This document shows, piece by piece, positions 1 to 9,230 of a stretch of DNA of 64,000 nt. The notes under the pieces are model-generated. The model was given only the letters and a program-made list of their open reading frames with translations, made no database searches and was not told where the DNA came from. Positions within the stretch are counted from its first letter, which is position 1; every line of letters begins with the position of its first letter. Source of the stretch: Candidatus Melainabacteria bacterium 17Bon1m. Its GTDB lineage: Bacteria; Cyanobacteriota; Vampirovibrionia; Obscuribacterales; Obscuribacteraceae. Where the stretch lies: positions 352,001 to 416,000 of the forward strand of contig JAVLKG010000001.1 of NCBI GenBank assembly GCA_032128875.1, written 5' to 3'. A program made the position numbers and the translations under genes.

Positions 1-1054
1 CAACCTTGATTGCTACACCCATTTGTTCTGCGGACTGCCATCTTTCCAACGGATCTTTGGCAAGTGCTTTCATTACAATCGCTGAAACAACCGTCGGTAC
101 AGACTTTGAGTCAAGCGGTTTTGGCGCTTGATTCATATGTTGCATGATGGTCATGAAATCGTTGTTGCCTGTGAAAGGTGGTGCGCCGGTGAGGCACTCA
201 TATAAGACACAGCCTAGCGAATAAATATCCGCAGACACTGTTGATTGACGAGAGCTTGCATAATCCGGAGCAAGATATGCTGCACATCCATAAAGACTGC
301 ATGTAATTGTCGCTATTTTGTCCCACTCAAGTCCGCGGAAAACACGTTCTGCCACAGCAAAGTCGCAGACTCTTGCTCGAACTATGTCACCAGACTTTTC
401 TAGAAATATATTCGATGGTTTTAGATCTCCGTGCACAACTCCCCGTTCGTGTGCATATTGAAGGGCGGCACAAATATCACCAGCTATCGCCAAAGTGTCT
501 TGCGGCGTAGGAAGTTGGTCTTTGTCTATAAGTGTGGAAAGTTGGTGCCCATTAGTGTGTTCGTACACTGTAAAAGGGCGAATGCATTTGTGGGTTTTGT
601 CATCGTAAGTGCCGTAAGCGAGCGAGCTGACAATGTTTTCGTGAGCGAGTGGTAGCGCAAGCCTTGCCCCCTCTAAATATTTTTTCTCTGATTTTTCATC
701 ACACATCAACGGGCTGAGTAAAACTTTCACAACCACCGAAGTACCAGCATTTGTGCAATAAGCTTCGTAGGCATCACACATGGAACCGCTACTAATCGTC
801 TTCTTGCAAATGAGATTCCATTTCGAGCCGTCAGGTCGAGTTGCAGAAAAAGAAGAAATCGGTTGAGGTGTTTGTTGTTCGTGCAGCGGAGGATTTTTAT
901 AGGCGAGAAGAGTCTCGTCGTATATGCACACAAACGTTTTTTCCCTGTACAAGCGCTTGCACTTCGGGCAAATCTTCACGGGAGGACCCTGCTGTTCTCT
1001 CTTGGCTTGCAAATCGGCATTGTTGTTATCTCTGCTCCAGAAGAATTCAAACAT
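1..1054 (-). CDS. Ser/Thr protein kinase with N-terminal Zn-ribbon-like motif (atypical; runs off window edge)
   Basis: Not in ORF track; manual translation from ATG 1054 (GGAGG upstream): MFEFFWSR..KICPKCKRLY..FVCIYDETLL..VVVK..VVHGDLKPSNIF..VCDFAVA..YLAPDY..ADIYSLGCVLYECLTGAPPF; open to position 1. Confidence 0.9.
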   Translation of the reverse strand, partial: MFEFFWSRDNNNADLQAKREQQGPPVKICPKCKRLYREKTFVCIYDETLLAYKNPPLHEQQTPQPISSFSATRPDGSKWNLICKKTISSGSMCDAYEAYCTNAGTSVVVKVLLSPLMCDEKSEKKYLEGARLALPLAHENIVSSLAYGTYDDKTHKCIRPFTVYEHTNGHQLSTLIDKDQLPTPQDTLAIAGDICAALQYAHERGVVHGDLKPSNIFLEKSGDIVRARVCDFAVAERVFRGLEWDKIATITCSLYGCAAYLAPDYASSRQSTVSADIYSLGCVLYECLTGAPPFTGNNDFMTIMQHMNQAPKPLDSKSVPTVVSAIVMKALAKDPLERWQSAEQMGVAIKV

Positions 1055-1188
1055 TTGTCAGCCTCCCCGAAACGGGCCCCTGGATTACCCCTTTATTCCC
1101 AGGCGAAGGCAGTTAATCTTCAAAATGGCGGACAATACATCAAAGCTTCATTGTGAGGCTCAAGAATTGATTTTAGTTTTTCTCGTCG

Positions 1189-2787
1189 TTAAACTGCGGC
1201 TGGCTCTTTTTCCGGATGTGTATTATGTCCGTGCACCGGCGTCGGCGCGGCAGATAGTGCTGGGCGACTATGGCGCGAGCGACGCTTGCTGCGGAACATC
1301 GCGCGCAATTCGCCCCAGTCCATAACAAGCGTTCCACCGGTGGATTCGTGTTGTTTTTCCCAATCAATTATCAATTCCAAGCATGCGTGATCGACGTAGT
1401 CCAGCTCGTCCATGCATACATGCAATTCAGTATTGGCCGGAACCGAGTCCAAAGCGTCGGCGAGAATCGGCAAACTCAAAAAGGTTGCCGCGCCGCGCAG
1501 ATGCAAAATTGATTTTGTTTCGCTGCGATCAATGGTTATGTTCAGGCGAGTCATCGTGTAGACAAGCTTCACCACGGACATTGCTACACCGAGAGCCACT
1601 CCGACCAGCAAATCGGTGGAAATAATTGCGATTGTCGTGACTGCGTAAACACCTACCAAGCGTGGACCGAAATCCCAGAGCTTGCGAATTGCTTTGAAGT
1701 CGATGAGTTTGAATCCAGTGAATAAGAGTAGCGCTGCAAGGGTTGCAACCGGCACCATTCGCAGGACGTTCGGAAATACTACCACCGCGATCAAAAGCCA
1801 AACGCCGTGCAGGATTGCAGAACGATTTGTTTTTGCGCCGCTCATTACATTAACGCTGCTGCGAGCAATGACGCCCGTCATCGGCAGCGCGCCAATGAGA
1901 CCGCATATCGTGTTGCCGACCCCTTGGGCGATCAATTCTTTGTCGTATTTTGTACGCGGTCCACGATGCAGTTTGTCCACGGCTGCCGCGCTGAGCAATG
2001 TTTCGGCGCTGGCGATAATTGCCAGCACGACTGAGAATCTAGCGATAGACCACGGATCCAATTTTGAAATTTCCGCGAAATTCAAAAACTGAACTCCACT
2101 GAAAATACTTTCTGGCAAAGGAATTGTCTTTAGCGGTAAATGTAAAAGACTTGTTGTTATGGTTGCTGTTACTACTGCTACGAGCGCGCCCGGAATGGAA
2201 GCGAGCTTGCCCTTCGCAAACTTCATCCACAGGACTAAAACAACAATGGTCAAAACGCCGATGTTGACTGATTCTAGTGCCGTTGTCGTCGGATCGAGAA
2301 TATTGGCGATGAGGTCTGGAATGTGCTTGATGTTGTGCAGAGCGTGCGCTTTAGGATGCAGAGCGCCGATGACATAAAGTTGGCTGAGTATGAGTGTGAT
2401 GCCGATGCCCGACATCATTCCGTTGATCACTGCCGGTGATACCGCGCGGAAAATCTGTGCGATGCGTGCTAGACCCATGCAAAGCTGCAAAAGTCCCGCG
2501 CTGACTAAAATAATTGCGAGTCCGGAAAGCCCATGATTACTGACGATTTCGTAGACGAGAACTGTCAGTCCGGCAGCGGGTCCGCTAATTTGCAGAGGGC
2601 TTCCTGTGATAAAACCGATGATGCAGCCACCAACAATACCTGTGAGGATTCCTTTTTCTACCGGCACGCCGGACGCGAGCGCAATGCCCATGCAGAGCGG
2701 CATTGCCATTAGAAAAACTACAAGCGAAGCAAGAAAATCTTTTGTGATTGATTCTCTAGTCGTCACGTGTGGGTTCCATCGAAACAT
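1189..2787 (-). CDS. sulP: SulP/SLC26 family anion (sulfate/bicarbonate) transporter with STAS-like C-terminus
   Basis: ASLVVFLMAMPLCMGIALASG, GSPLQISGPAAGL, PMTGVIARSSVN motifs; start moved to ATG 2787 because GGGAGG SD precedes it. Confidence 0.93.
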   Translation of the reverse strand: MFRWNPHVTTRESITKDFLASLVVFLMAMPLCMGIALASGVPVEKGILTGIVGGCIIGFITGSPLQISGPAAGLTVLVYEIVSNHGLSGLAIILVSAGLLQLCMGLARIAQIFRAVSPAVINGMMSGIGITLILSQLYVIGALHPKAHALHNIKHIPDLIANILDPTTTALESVNIGVLTIVVLVLWMKFAKGKLASIPGALVAVVTATITTSLLHLPLKTIPLPESIFSGVQFLNFAEISKLDPWSIARFSVVLAIIASAETLLSAAAVDKLHRGPRTKYDKELIAQGVGNTICGLIGALPMTGVIARSSVNVMSGAKTNRSAILHGVWLLIAVVVFPNVLRMVPVATLAALLLFTGFKLIDFKAIRKLWDFGPRLVGVYAVTTIAIISTDLLVGVALGVAMSVVKLVYTMTRLNITIDRSETKSILHLRGAATFLSLPILADALDSVPANTELHVCMDELDYVDHACLELIIDWEKQHESTGGTLVMDWGELRAMFRSKRRSRHSRPALSAAPTPVHGHNTHPEKEPAAV

Positions 2788-2813
2788 GGTGGACCTCCCA
2801 TAGTGGTGGCGAG

Positions 2814-3035
2814 TTAAAACGAGATGCCGAGGCACCTAGAGTCGGTTATATAGGGATAGGCCAGGAACTCGGTCGGGTTTCCTAAGGCGTATTCTGCCTG
2901 TGCAAGGTCAACCGCTTTCGCGGTTTGCTGTTCTGGTGTTGCTCGGCCATCCGCAAATGGTGGTCCGGGCGGGACACTAGCCGTACCTGTCAGCCAATTT
3001 AATTGGTTGCTTGGGCGGGCGTATTTGTTACCCAA
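2814..3035 (-). CDS. possible small hypothetical protein (73 aa)
   Basis: TTG start with GAGGT upstream, 5 nt after stop of 3041..3202 ORF, ends just before the sulP SD; no recognisable domain. Confidence 0.3.
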   Translation of the reverse strand: MGNKYARPSNQLNWLTGTASVPPGPPFADGRATPEQQTAKAVDLAQAEYALGNPTEFLAYPYITDSRCLGISF

Positions 3036-3040
3036 TTACC

Positions 3041-3202
3041 TTACCTCAAAAAGGGCTCCTTGGCAAGCGAAATTTCTGAAAGCTTGTGGCTGAAAGCTTT
3101 GCGGAGATCTTCTTCAGAAGCCGCTGCTATCAGCAATGTGAGCGAAATTACGCCGGCGCCGAGAATGCGCCTTAAATTAGTTTCGATAGTTTGAGCAAAC
3201 AT
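3041..3202 (-). CDS. possible small protein (53 aa) with hydrophobic segment
   Basis: Manual translation MFAQTIETNLRRILGAGVISLTLLIAAASEEDLRKAFSHKLSEISLAKEPFLR*; below ORF-track cutoff; no clear SD. Confidence 0.4.
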   Translation of the reverse strand: MFAQTIETNLRRILGAGVISLTLLIAAASEEDLRKAFSHKLSEISLAKEPFLR

Positions 3203-3440
3203 AAAATAGAAAGGTAATTGTCAGCACCATATACGGTGTCGCAATTGTTATGCAGTCGCTTTAGCAATTATCAAGTTGGAAGTGCAAGTTGTGCGCAAGT
3301 TTTAAACCAATTTCCAGGTTGGTTACACGCAAGTGTGATTGCAATCTTTTCAGCCCGCGGTTAAGGAGTTATGAAAGTAGAAAGAACTCATCGCTCGAGT
3401 TTTGCGTTGCTGCCGCTCGCGATTCGTGGTGTTTTTTCCA

Positions 3441-3472
3441 AACAAAAAGAGCATCTCGCTGGAGATGCTCTT
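3441..3472 (-). terminator. intrinsic terminator of tRNA operon
   Basis: Minus strand AAGAGCATCTC-CAGC-GAGATGCTC-TTTTTGTT immediately 3' of tRNA-Lys. Confidence 0.85.
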
Positions 3473-3478
3473 CGAAAG

Positions 3479-3553
3479 TGGTGGGTCATGGTGGATTCGA
3501 ACCACCAACCAATTGCTTAAGAGGCAACTGCTCTGCCGTTGAGCTAATGACCC
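3479..3553 (-). tRNA. tRNA-Lys(CUU), CCA encoded
   Basis: GGGTCAT..ATGACCC acceptor, TAGCTCA D-arm, anticodon loop CTCTTAA, GGTTCGAATCC T-arm, ACCA end. Confidence 0.97.
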
Positions 3554-3571
3554 TTGCGATGGGGAAAAATT

Positions 3572-3644
3572 CGCGCTCGGTTGGATTCGAACCAACGACA
3601 ACCCGCTTAGAAGGCGGGGGCTCTATCCACTGAGCTACGAGCGC
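3572..3644 (-). tRNA. tRNA-Arg(UCU), CCA not encoded
   Basis: GCGCTCG..CGAGCGC acceptor, anticodon loop CTTCTAA, GGTTCGAATCC T-arm. Confidence 0.96.
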
Positions 3645-4026
3645 CCGAATCCGCATCGCGTGAGAGACATTAGGTTACCAGATATACCGGTGGTCTCGGC
3701 GCCTGCGGACGTTCATTATAACGTAGTCCCTTAATCTCTCGAAACATCGCGCCGAAAACTAAGGATAGGTCTGGGTTTTCGCTTTCAAGGGGATGAAAAC
3801 GTCTACCAAAAGCACGCAGAAGTCTATTTGACGCGACTCCGGCAATGATGTTCCGGTTGTAAATGCGGGCGATGCCGGGCGCTGCGATTTTGCTCCCGGC
3901 AACCCCCAACATAGATAAGGCCTTCTATACTGTATACGGAGGCTGTGGTCGCCTACGGGTGCCTCGGTCGCCGGAGTGGGGCAGCAGACCGATTGATTCG
4001 GATCTTGACTTCAAGGAGCTTTAGCT

Positions 4027-6396
4027 CTGAATAGCAAAATTGAAGCCAGGCAATATGCCGGATCGGTTGGTGTAATCATCGACCGGACGTCGTCGAACGA
4101 CGAAGTTTTGGCGACTTGCTGGCTTATCGATGACGACAAGGTCGCTACAACCGCGCACTCCATCATTCTTTTTACAGATTACCTCGAAGCGCTCAAGATT
4201 CGTTTTCCCTGCTCAGGTGAGGAGCGGGGCGTTTCTAAAGCGATGTTTCACCCGCGTTTTAGTCGCTCTTCCACGACACAAATGGCTACCCAAGCCATGA
4301 CGGAGTATTTGCCGCAGGTTTCTTTGCAAAAGAACAATGCTGTAGTCCTCGTTACTCGCCCGACCTTACCAGACCTGAGTATCGATACCATCGCCAAGCT
4401 GATTCAGAAGAACAGCGTGCCACAGGCTGCTCTCGAGCAAGGCATGGGTGGTTCACTTGCGGAGTTGGATTTGGCGATGGTGCTGCAAACTATCACCAAT
4501 GCTCGCAAAGAGGGCATTCTCGTCATTACCGATGAGCGCAATCGCACCATCGCGCGCATCTTCTGCCAAGAAGGAAAGGTGCTACACGCCCAGTACGGTG
4601 GGCTTCTCAACGAATACGCGCTGTATCAAATTTTTGAATCAAGGATGGACGGTAACTTCCATTTCCGTTCGGCGAAGAGTCCTGATTGGCTTTCACGCAG
4701 ACCTATTCAACGTCCTGCCGATATGCTGCTTATCGAATCCCATCGTCGATACGATGAATTGCCAAAGTTGCAGCAAGAAATTGGCGGAGCGGATTCGCTC
4801 TGGCAGCGTGTCTCGCCTGAACTAAATACGAATAATCTTACAGGTGATTCACTCGAACGCGCGAAGCTTCTCTGGCCTGTGCTCGATGGAGTTACGCCTG
4901 CAAATGAGCTCTGGCGCCTGGCTGGGCTGGATGATTATTCTGTTTTTCAAACGATAGCTGAACTGCGGCATCTCATGCAGATCAACCTTCAGCCTGCCAA
5001 CCAAAGTCCGTATAACCGCAAGGCGGTGCCGATTCCCGTCGCCATTCAAGTTCAACTCAAACCTTATGACGAGATCGAAAGTCTCACTGTCGAGCCTCTC
5101 GAGGCCAAGCCGTTTGTTCGCAAGGGAAGTTTGCTAGGTAGTCTTCGTGAAGCAGATCCGAATCACTTGGTTCACAATCTGGTGCTTTCGCCCGAATCAT
5201 CGGGCTGTCCGATGTTTAAAGATGGCCATGTCATAGGCATGCATTGCGGATCGCTGCCTCCCGAGCCGGATACAAGCGACGGCACCAGGTTGCAGCAGAT
5301 GCTTTGGGTCGACGTGATTGTGCAATGCCTGGTTCAAGGCGGTGAGGCGACACTCGCGCGCAAGTTGAGCCAAAGTGCTATCGACATTCCAAAACCCGCG
5401 GCGGGCGCACCTGTGCCAAAAGCGGGTTGTACCGAAGTGGCTCGTGTAAACTGCTCTAAGTGCGGAGCGTCGCACTTGGAGTCTTCGCGGTTCTGCAAAA
5501 CCTGCGGTCAGAAACTGATATCGGATATCGAGTACAAGCCTCGGAAGGCAGCATTTGTGAACAGTACGCTGATTATGGTCCTCCTCCTGCTTGGCATAAG
5601 TGTGGGCACTGTTATGGTTTTAGCGCGTGCTCCCCAACCAAACATTTTGCCGCCTGAATATGTAATGAAGCCTGAAATCCCATGGGTGACGCTCGAAGGT
5701 AAGTACAACGACCCACGGCGCGCTAAGGAAAACGTCTTCCAGCGCTACCAGCCAGGCGTGACACTGCGTAATGGCACGAATTTCTACATGAAAGTCAATG
5801 TGGATGAGCCTTCCTACATTTACGTTTTCCATCAATCCAGCTCTGGCGGCGATATAGACACGCTTTTCCCGCCTTCGCAGGAAGACATCTCAAAAGAAGA
5901 AGCCGCGAATGCCGCAGCCAAGGCTGGAAAAACGGGTAAGAATGATAGCGGTGCAAAGGATCTTAAGCCTGCTAAGTCCGTCCCTGTGTCCGATTCGGGT
6001 CGTAAACATGCGGAAGAATATTCCCTTTCCGCGGGCGACTATTTCACCTGTCCATCAAATCTCGAGACCAGTTTTGCGAATATTCAGGTTAAGCAGCAGC
6101 AGAATGTTCTGCACGACTGCTACGCGCTGGGTGAGCCGGCGGGTGCTGAGACGTTCATAGCCGTCTCCAGCCATTCCCCGTTTGCAATTTACGGCGACCA
6201 GGAGGCTACAAACGCCTTCTTTGCCAAGGCTGCAGACTTTTTGAAGAAGCACGAACCAAATTCTGGAATAGAAATTGAAGCGGACCTCCTAAAATCCGGG
6301 CTGCTATCTGTAGAGAAGAAGAGTTCAAGTTCAGCGCTACAGGACCGCCCGCGCAGCAAGGTTTTTCTGACCAAACTAGCAGTCCTACACAAATAA
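4027..6396 (+). CDS. multidomain membrane protein: split trypsin-like domain with inserted DUF4388-like domain, Zn ribbon, TM, DUF4384-like C-terminus
   Basis: ATCWLIDDDKVATTAH and ESSGCPMFKDGHVIGMH trypsin-like motifs; GSLAELDLAMVLQ..RKEGILVI DUF4388-like; CSKC..FCKTCG; TM; PSYIYVF..IDTLFP..PAGAETF DUF4384-like. Proposed CTG start 4027 behind AAGGAG (track start 4108). Confidence 0.8.
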   Translation: MNSKIEARQYAGSVGVIIDRTSSNDEVLATCWLIDDDKVATTAHSIILFTDYLEALKIRFPCSGEERGVSKAMFHPRFSRSSTTQMATQAMTEYLPQVSLQKNNAVVLVTRPTLPDLSIDTIAKLIQKNSVPQAALEQGMGGSLAELDLAMVLQTITNARKEGILVITDERNRTIARIFCQEGKVLHAQYGGLLNEYALYQIFESRMDGNFHFRSAKSPDWLSRRPIQRPADMLLIESHRRYDELPKLQQEIGGADSLWQRVSPELNTNNLTGDSLERAKLLWPVLDGVTPANELWRLAGLDDYSVFQTIAELRHLMQINLQPANQSPYNRKAVPIPVAIQVQLKPYDEIESLTVEPLEAKPFVRKGSLLGSLREADPNHLVHNLVLSPESSGCPMFKDGHVIGMHCGSLPPEPDTSDGTRLQQMLWVDVIVQCLVQGGEATLARKLSQSAIDIPKPAAGAPVPKAGCTEVARVNCSKCGASHLESSRFCKTCGQKLISDIEYKPRKAAFVNSTLIMVLLLLGISVGTVMVLARAPQPNILPPEYVMKPEIPWVTLEGKYNDPRRAKENVFQRYQPGVTLRNGTNFYMKVNVDEPSYIYVFHQSSSGGDIDTLFPPSQEDISKEEAANAAAKAGKTGKNDSGAKDLKPAKSVPVSDSGRKHAEEYSLSAGDYFTCPSNLETSFANIQVKQQQNVLHDCYALGEPAGAETFIAVSSHSPFAIYGDQEATNAFFAKAADFLKKHEPNSGIEIEADLLKSGLLSVEKKSSSSALQDRPRSKVFLTKLAVLHK

Positions 6397-6435
6397 ATCG
6401 CTTGTGCAAGAATGAAAGCAGATGGAGGATTAGTA

Positions 6436-7386
6436 ATGAATTTCCGTAGAACCCTTCCAGTGGCACTCTGTGCCTTGATAACGGCGGCGCTGCCGGCGTT
6501 TTCGGCGGGGCCGGCTGACAACGTCGTACCGGGTCCGAAGGACCTGTTCCGGACCCAACTGAGCAACCAGAAGGAAGAATCCAATACTGGCGTCCAGTAC
6601 TGGATCGAGTTGAAGCGCGGGTCCGAGCACATGAAGGTCAGCAACAAGTATCCGTTCAAGACGGGCGATCAGGTACGCTTTCACGTCATACCTAATATAG
6701 ATGGTTATGCGTACGTCCTCCTGAAGAACGGCAGCCGCGGCGAGCGTGCTGTGCTCTTCCCCAACGAGCGGATGCATGAAGACAATCATGTTGCCCACGG
6801 TCGCGACGTAATGATTCCCGGCGACGGCACTTACTTGCAGTTCGACGAAAATCCCGGCACTGAGCAGCTTTCGCTTGTAGTCTCTCGCGCTCCGATTAAT
6901 GCCACTGCTTACCTCGATCAGCAAAGTGCGCCAGTAATGATCGCGTCTTCGGAAGGCGGCAGTAAGGATTTGATTCCAACTAAAGTCTATGTGTCATACG
7001 GCGTGCCGCATGGCAGACCAATTGGCGAGAAGGAAGAGCTGATTGCTGCTTCCGTTCCTGATAAGAAAAACCCGGAGACTGCTAATTCATCGAGCTCATC
7101 CGGTTCGAAGAAGCCCTCGAAGAAGCCCGTGGTTGCTAAGAAAGCGCCTGTTGTGAAAGAGGAAAAGGAAAAAAACACCTCTACAACTACAGTGTCACGC
7201 CACTCCAGTAGTCGTTCTTCGCGCACGGAGCGCAGTGAGCGTCTGATTGCTCAAAAGCCGCATGTCACCAAAGACGTGTTCAAAGGGCAGGTTTCGGTGG
7301 ACGCTGAAGGCGACCCGTCAGTGACGACGGTTGTTTTCCAAGGCACTGGTGCCTTGCAAGTTGACGTCGCTCTCGACCACAACTAG
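6436..7386 (+). CDS. secreted DUF4384-like domain protein
   Basis: GGAGG SD before ATG 6436; signal peptide; FKTGDQVRFHV..DGYAYVL..LFP..FDENPGTEQL; Lys/Ser-rich linker. Confidence 0.85.
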   Translation: MNFRRTLPVALCALITAALPAFSAGPADNVVPGPKDLFRTQLSNQKEESNTGVQYWIELKRGSEHMKVSNKYPFKTGDQVRFHVIPNIDGYAYVLLKNGSRGERAVLFPNERMHEDNHVAHGRDVMIPGDGTYLQFDENPGTEQLSLVVSRAPINATAYLDQQSAPVMIASSEGGSKDLIPTKVYVSYGVPHGRPIGEKEELIAASVPDKKNPETANSSSSSGSKKPSKKPVVAKKAPVVKEEKEKNTSTTTVSRHSSSRSSRTERSERLIAQKPHVTKDVFKGQVSVDAEGDPSVTTVVFQGTGALQVDVALDHN

Positions 7387-7491
7387 GTATCCGCTAGGGC
7401 GTAGGTGCGAGTACGCGTGCGGAATGCTCTGCAGAACTCATCTACGAAATTCAAAATCCGGGGGCGCCCCGGCATTGCAAAAACTAGAACT

Positions 7492-7520
7492 GGGGTTGAA
7501 CGTTAATGTTCAGCCCCTTT
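7492..7520 (+). terminator. intrinsic terminator-like hairpin
   Basis: GGGGTTGAAC-GTTAAT-GTTCAGCCCC-TTT downstream of the DUF4384 gene. Confidence 0.65.
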
Positions 7521-7866
7521 CGTTGTTGCCAAACTGGTTTGTCGTGCCCCCATGTTTCCGAAAGGGCCGGGCAAGCCACTTTGTTTCGGAAACGTTGATT
7601 AATTCAGCCTTTTGGCAGAAATTTTTCGGCTATCTTTCTGCGCAATCACTCGTGTTTTCAAGCGATCGGACCCGCCTTGCATGTGCGTTTCAAGGCTCTG
7701 AAAGCCCGCCCACCGCACTGTTTTCTCCTTCTTGAAACAGACTAGACAGGTTTCATTAAACTCAATAAACTTTTTCCTTAACCGGTCCTTAAACCGGTCG
7801 AAACGATGATGTACGTCAACTTGGCTGGTAGTAAGTTTCAAGACAGTTGGAGTTTTTTCGACAATC

Positions 7867-7995
7867 ATGATCTGGGTATTTTCACTCGGTTTAACGCTCG
7901 CACTGGTCATTTGCGTGGTCTGCGTTATGTGCCCTGAGCTTCTTGCGCCTTTCCTGGTTGATCACTGGAAGAAGTACTTCACGTACTGGCGTTAA
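7867..7995 (+). CDS. small single-TM protein (42 aa)
   Basis: Manual translation MIWVFSLGLTLALVICVVCVMCPELLAPFLVDHWKKYFTYWR*; hydrophobic helix plus basic/aromatic tail; SD weak. Confidence 0.55.
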   Translation: MIWVFSLGLTLALVICVVCVMCPELLAPFLVDHWKKYFTYWR

Positions 7996-8194
7996 CTAAT
8001 AATTTGATCACAGGCGGCTTTTAGTCGCCTATCGAACACCTTGCAAAACGAGCATGAACAGCCGGATTTCGTGAATCCGCCTTTCTCCTCTTGACTGCAT
8101 TACAGAATAATAAGCCCAACATTGGTGCTTTTCACTTCTTCTTAACCGCCTCGATGCATATAATCGTAGGCAATGTCAAGAAGGAGGCCGAGTA

Positions 8195-8368
8195 ATGCCA
8201 GCCGCAGCATGTGGACTGTTCCTAATAGACTTCATCGCTAGACCGTTCGCCAAGATCTACGAGAAGATTCCTTTTCTGATGTTTGCTGTCCTGCTACTGC
8301 TGTACGGGACCATCACTTATTTTGTCCTCAAGAGCTCTTTTTTCAATAAAGAGTACAAGCAGTACTAA
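8195..8368 (+). CDS. small single-TM protein (57 aa)
   Basis: TATAAT 8159-8164, AAGGAGG SD 8181-8187, MPAAACGLFLIDFIARPFAKIYEKIPFLMFAVLLLLYGTITYFVLKSSFFNKEYKQY*, followed by terminator. Confidence 0.8.
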   Translation: MPAAACGLFLIDFIARPFAKIYEKIPFLMFAVLLLLYGTITYFVLKSSFFNKEYKQY

Positions 8369-8391
8369 GCCGCTTTAATGTACCTAAGCGT

Positions 8392-8418
8392 GGGGGCGCA
8401 TTGCATGCGCCCTTTTTT
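8392..8418 (+). terminator. intrinsic terminator (REP-like stem)
   Basis: GGGGGCGCA-TTGCA-TGCGCCC-TTTTTT. Confidence 0.8.
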
Positions 8419-8501
8419 ATTGCCGCGCAACAAGACTATTTGCTCGTGGACAGCGCATTGCACGGGTAGAGGCGATGCACGGCGTCGACCCTGGACTAAA
8501 A

Positions 8502-8963
8502 CTACTCGCGTTCGACGCCTATAGGTTTTACGGCAAGTTTGTCGCTGTGCAGGTCCACAAGCCCCAGATACTGTTCAATGAAGTTCTTCACCTGTCCTGC
8601 CGGGACTTCGCCTTCCATCGTGTAGGTGCCGTGGTTGAGGAGCTTTCCTTCGAAGTCGTACGTTGCATAGCTGATCTTCGGATTCTTCACTGGCACGTGG
8701 TTGTAGTTCATCACGCGAATCCAGGCGACCGGACAATTGATTACCCAGAGCCCGCTAACATGCCAGTCTACGAGTTCCATATAAACGTTCTTCGACAATT
8801 CAACGTCTGTTCCCATCTCTCCGCCGCAGCTAGTCAGCAAAGTCGCGCCGCACACCATGCACGCGATTGCCAGAAAAGAAGACAGCGCAAAGGAAAGCCT
8901 CTTCGAGAGCTTACTTTCTGCTTGTATGGATCCGGAGTACATGACGCTTAATGGGGCGGGCAA
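8502..8963 (-). CDS. hypothetical lipoprotein (beta-rich)
   Basis: Hydrophobic stretch ending in lipobox-like LLTSC; start uncertain. Confidence 0.75.
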   Translation of the reverse strand: MPAPLSVMYSGSIQAESKLSKRLSFALSSFLAIACMVCGATLLTSCGGEMGTDVELSKNVYMELVDWHVSGLWVINCPVAWIRVMNYNHVPVKNPKISYATYDFEGKLLNHGTYTMEGEVPAGQVKNFIEQYLGLVDLHSDKLAVKPIGVERE

Positions 8964-9230
8964 TTACCGAGACTTCGATTTAGTACACCACGCCTAACCA
9001 ACCCATGTTTGCGCCGATGCCCAGGAATACCATAATGGCAAAGATTACAAATAGACCTATGAATGCGGGTTCGCCGTCGGCTAACATAGACACACCTGGA
9101 AAAAGAACACGTCTTGCAACTGTATTGTATGCAAAAAAACACAGGTGGCAAGCGCAGTTAGCGTATTTCCCGCATTCTTGTTGAAATCTTTATTTCAGCA
9201 GCGACAAAAATGGCAAAAAGGCGATAAATC

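Noticed and set aside
2895-2935. c-di-GMP-I riboswitch upstream of sulP
   Set aside because: GCAAACCGCGAAAGCGGTTGAC resembles the P2 GAAA hairpin, but the following GCAAAG and P3 elements are absent
3479-3644. tRNA-anchored integrative element
   Set aside because: No integrase, and I found no duplicated tRNA 3' end in the window
7599-7910. 103-aa minus-strand ORF
   Set aside because: Overlaps a more plausible plus-strand small TM ORF and its promoter-like repeats; no SD or domain
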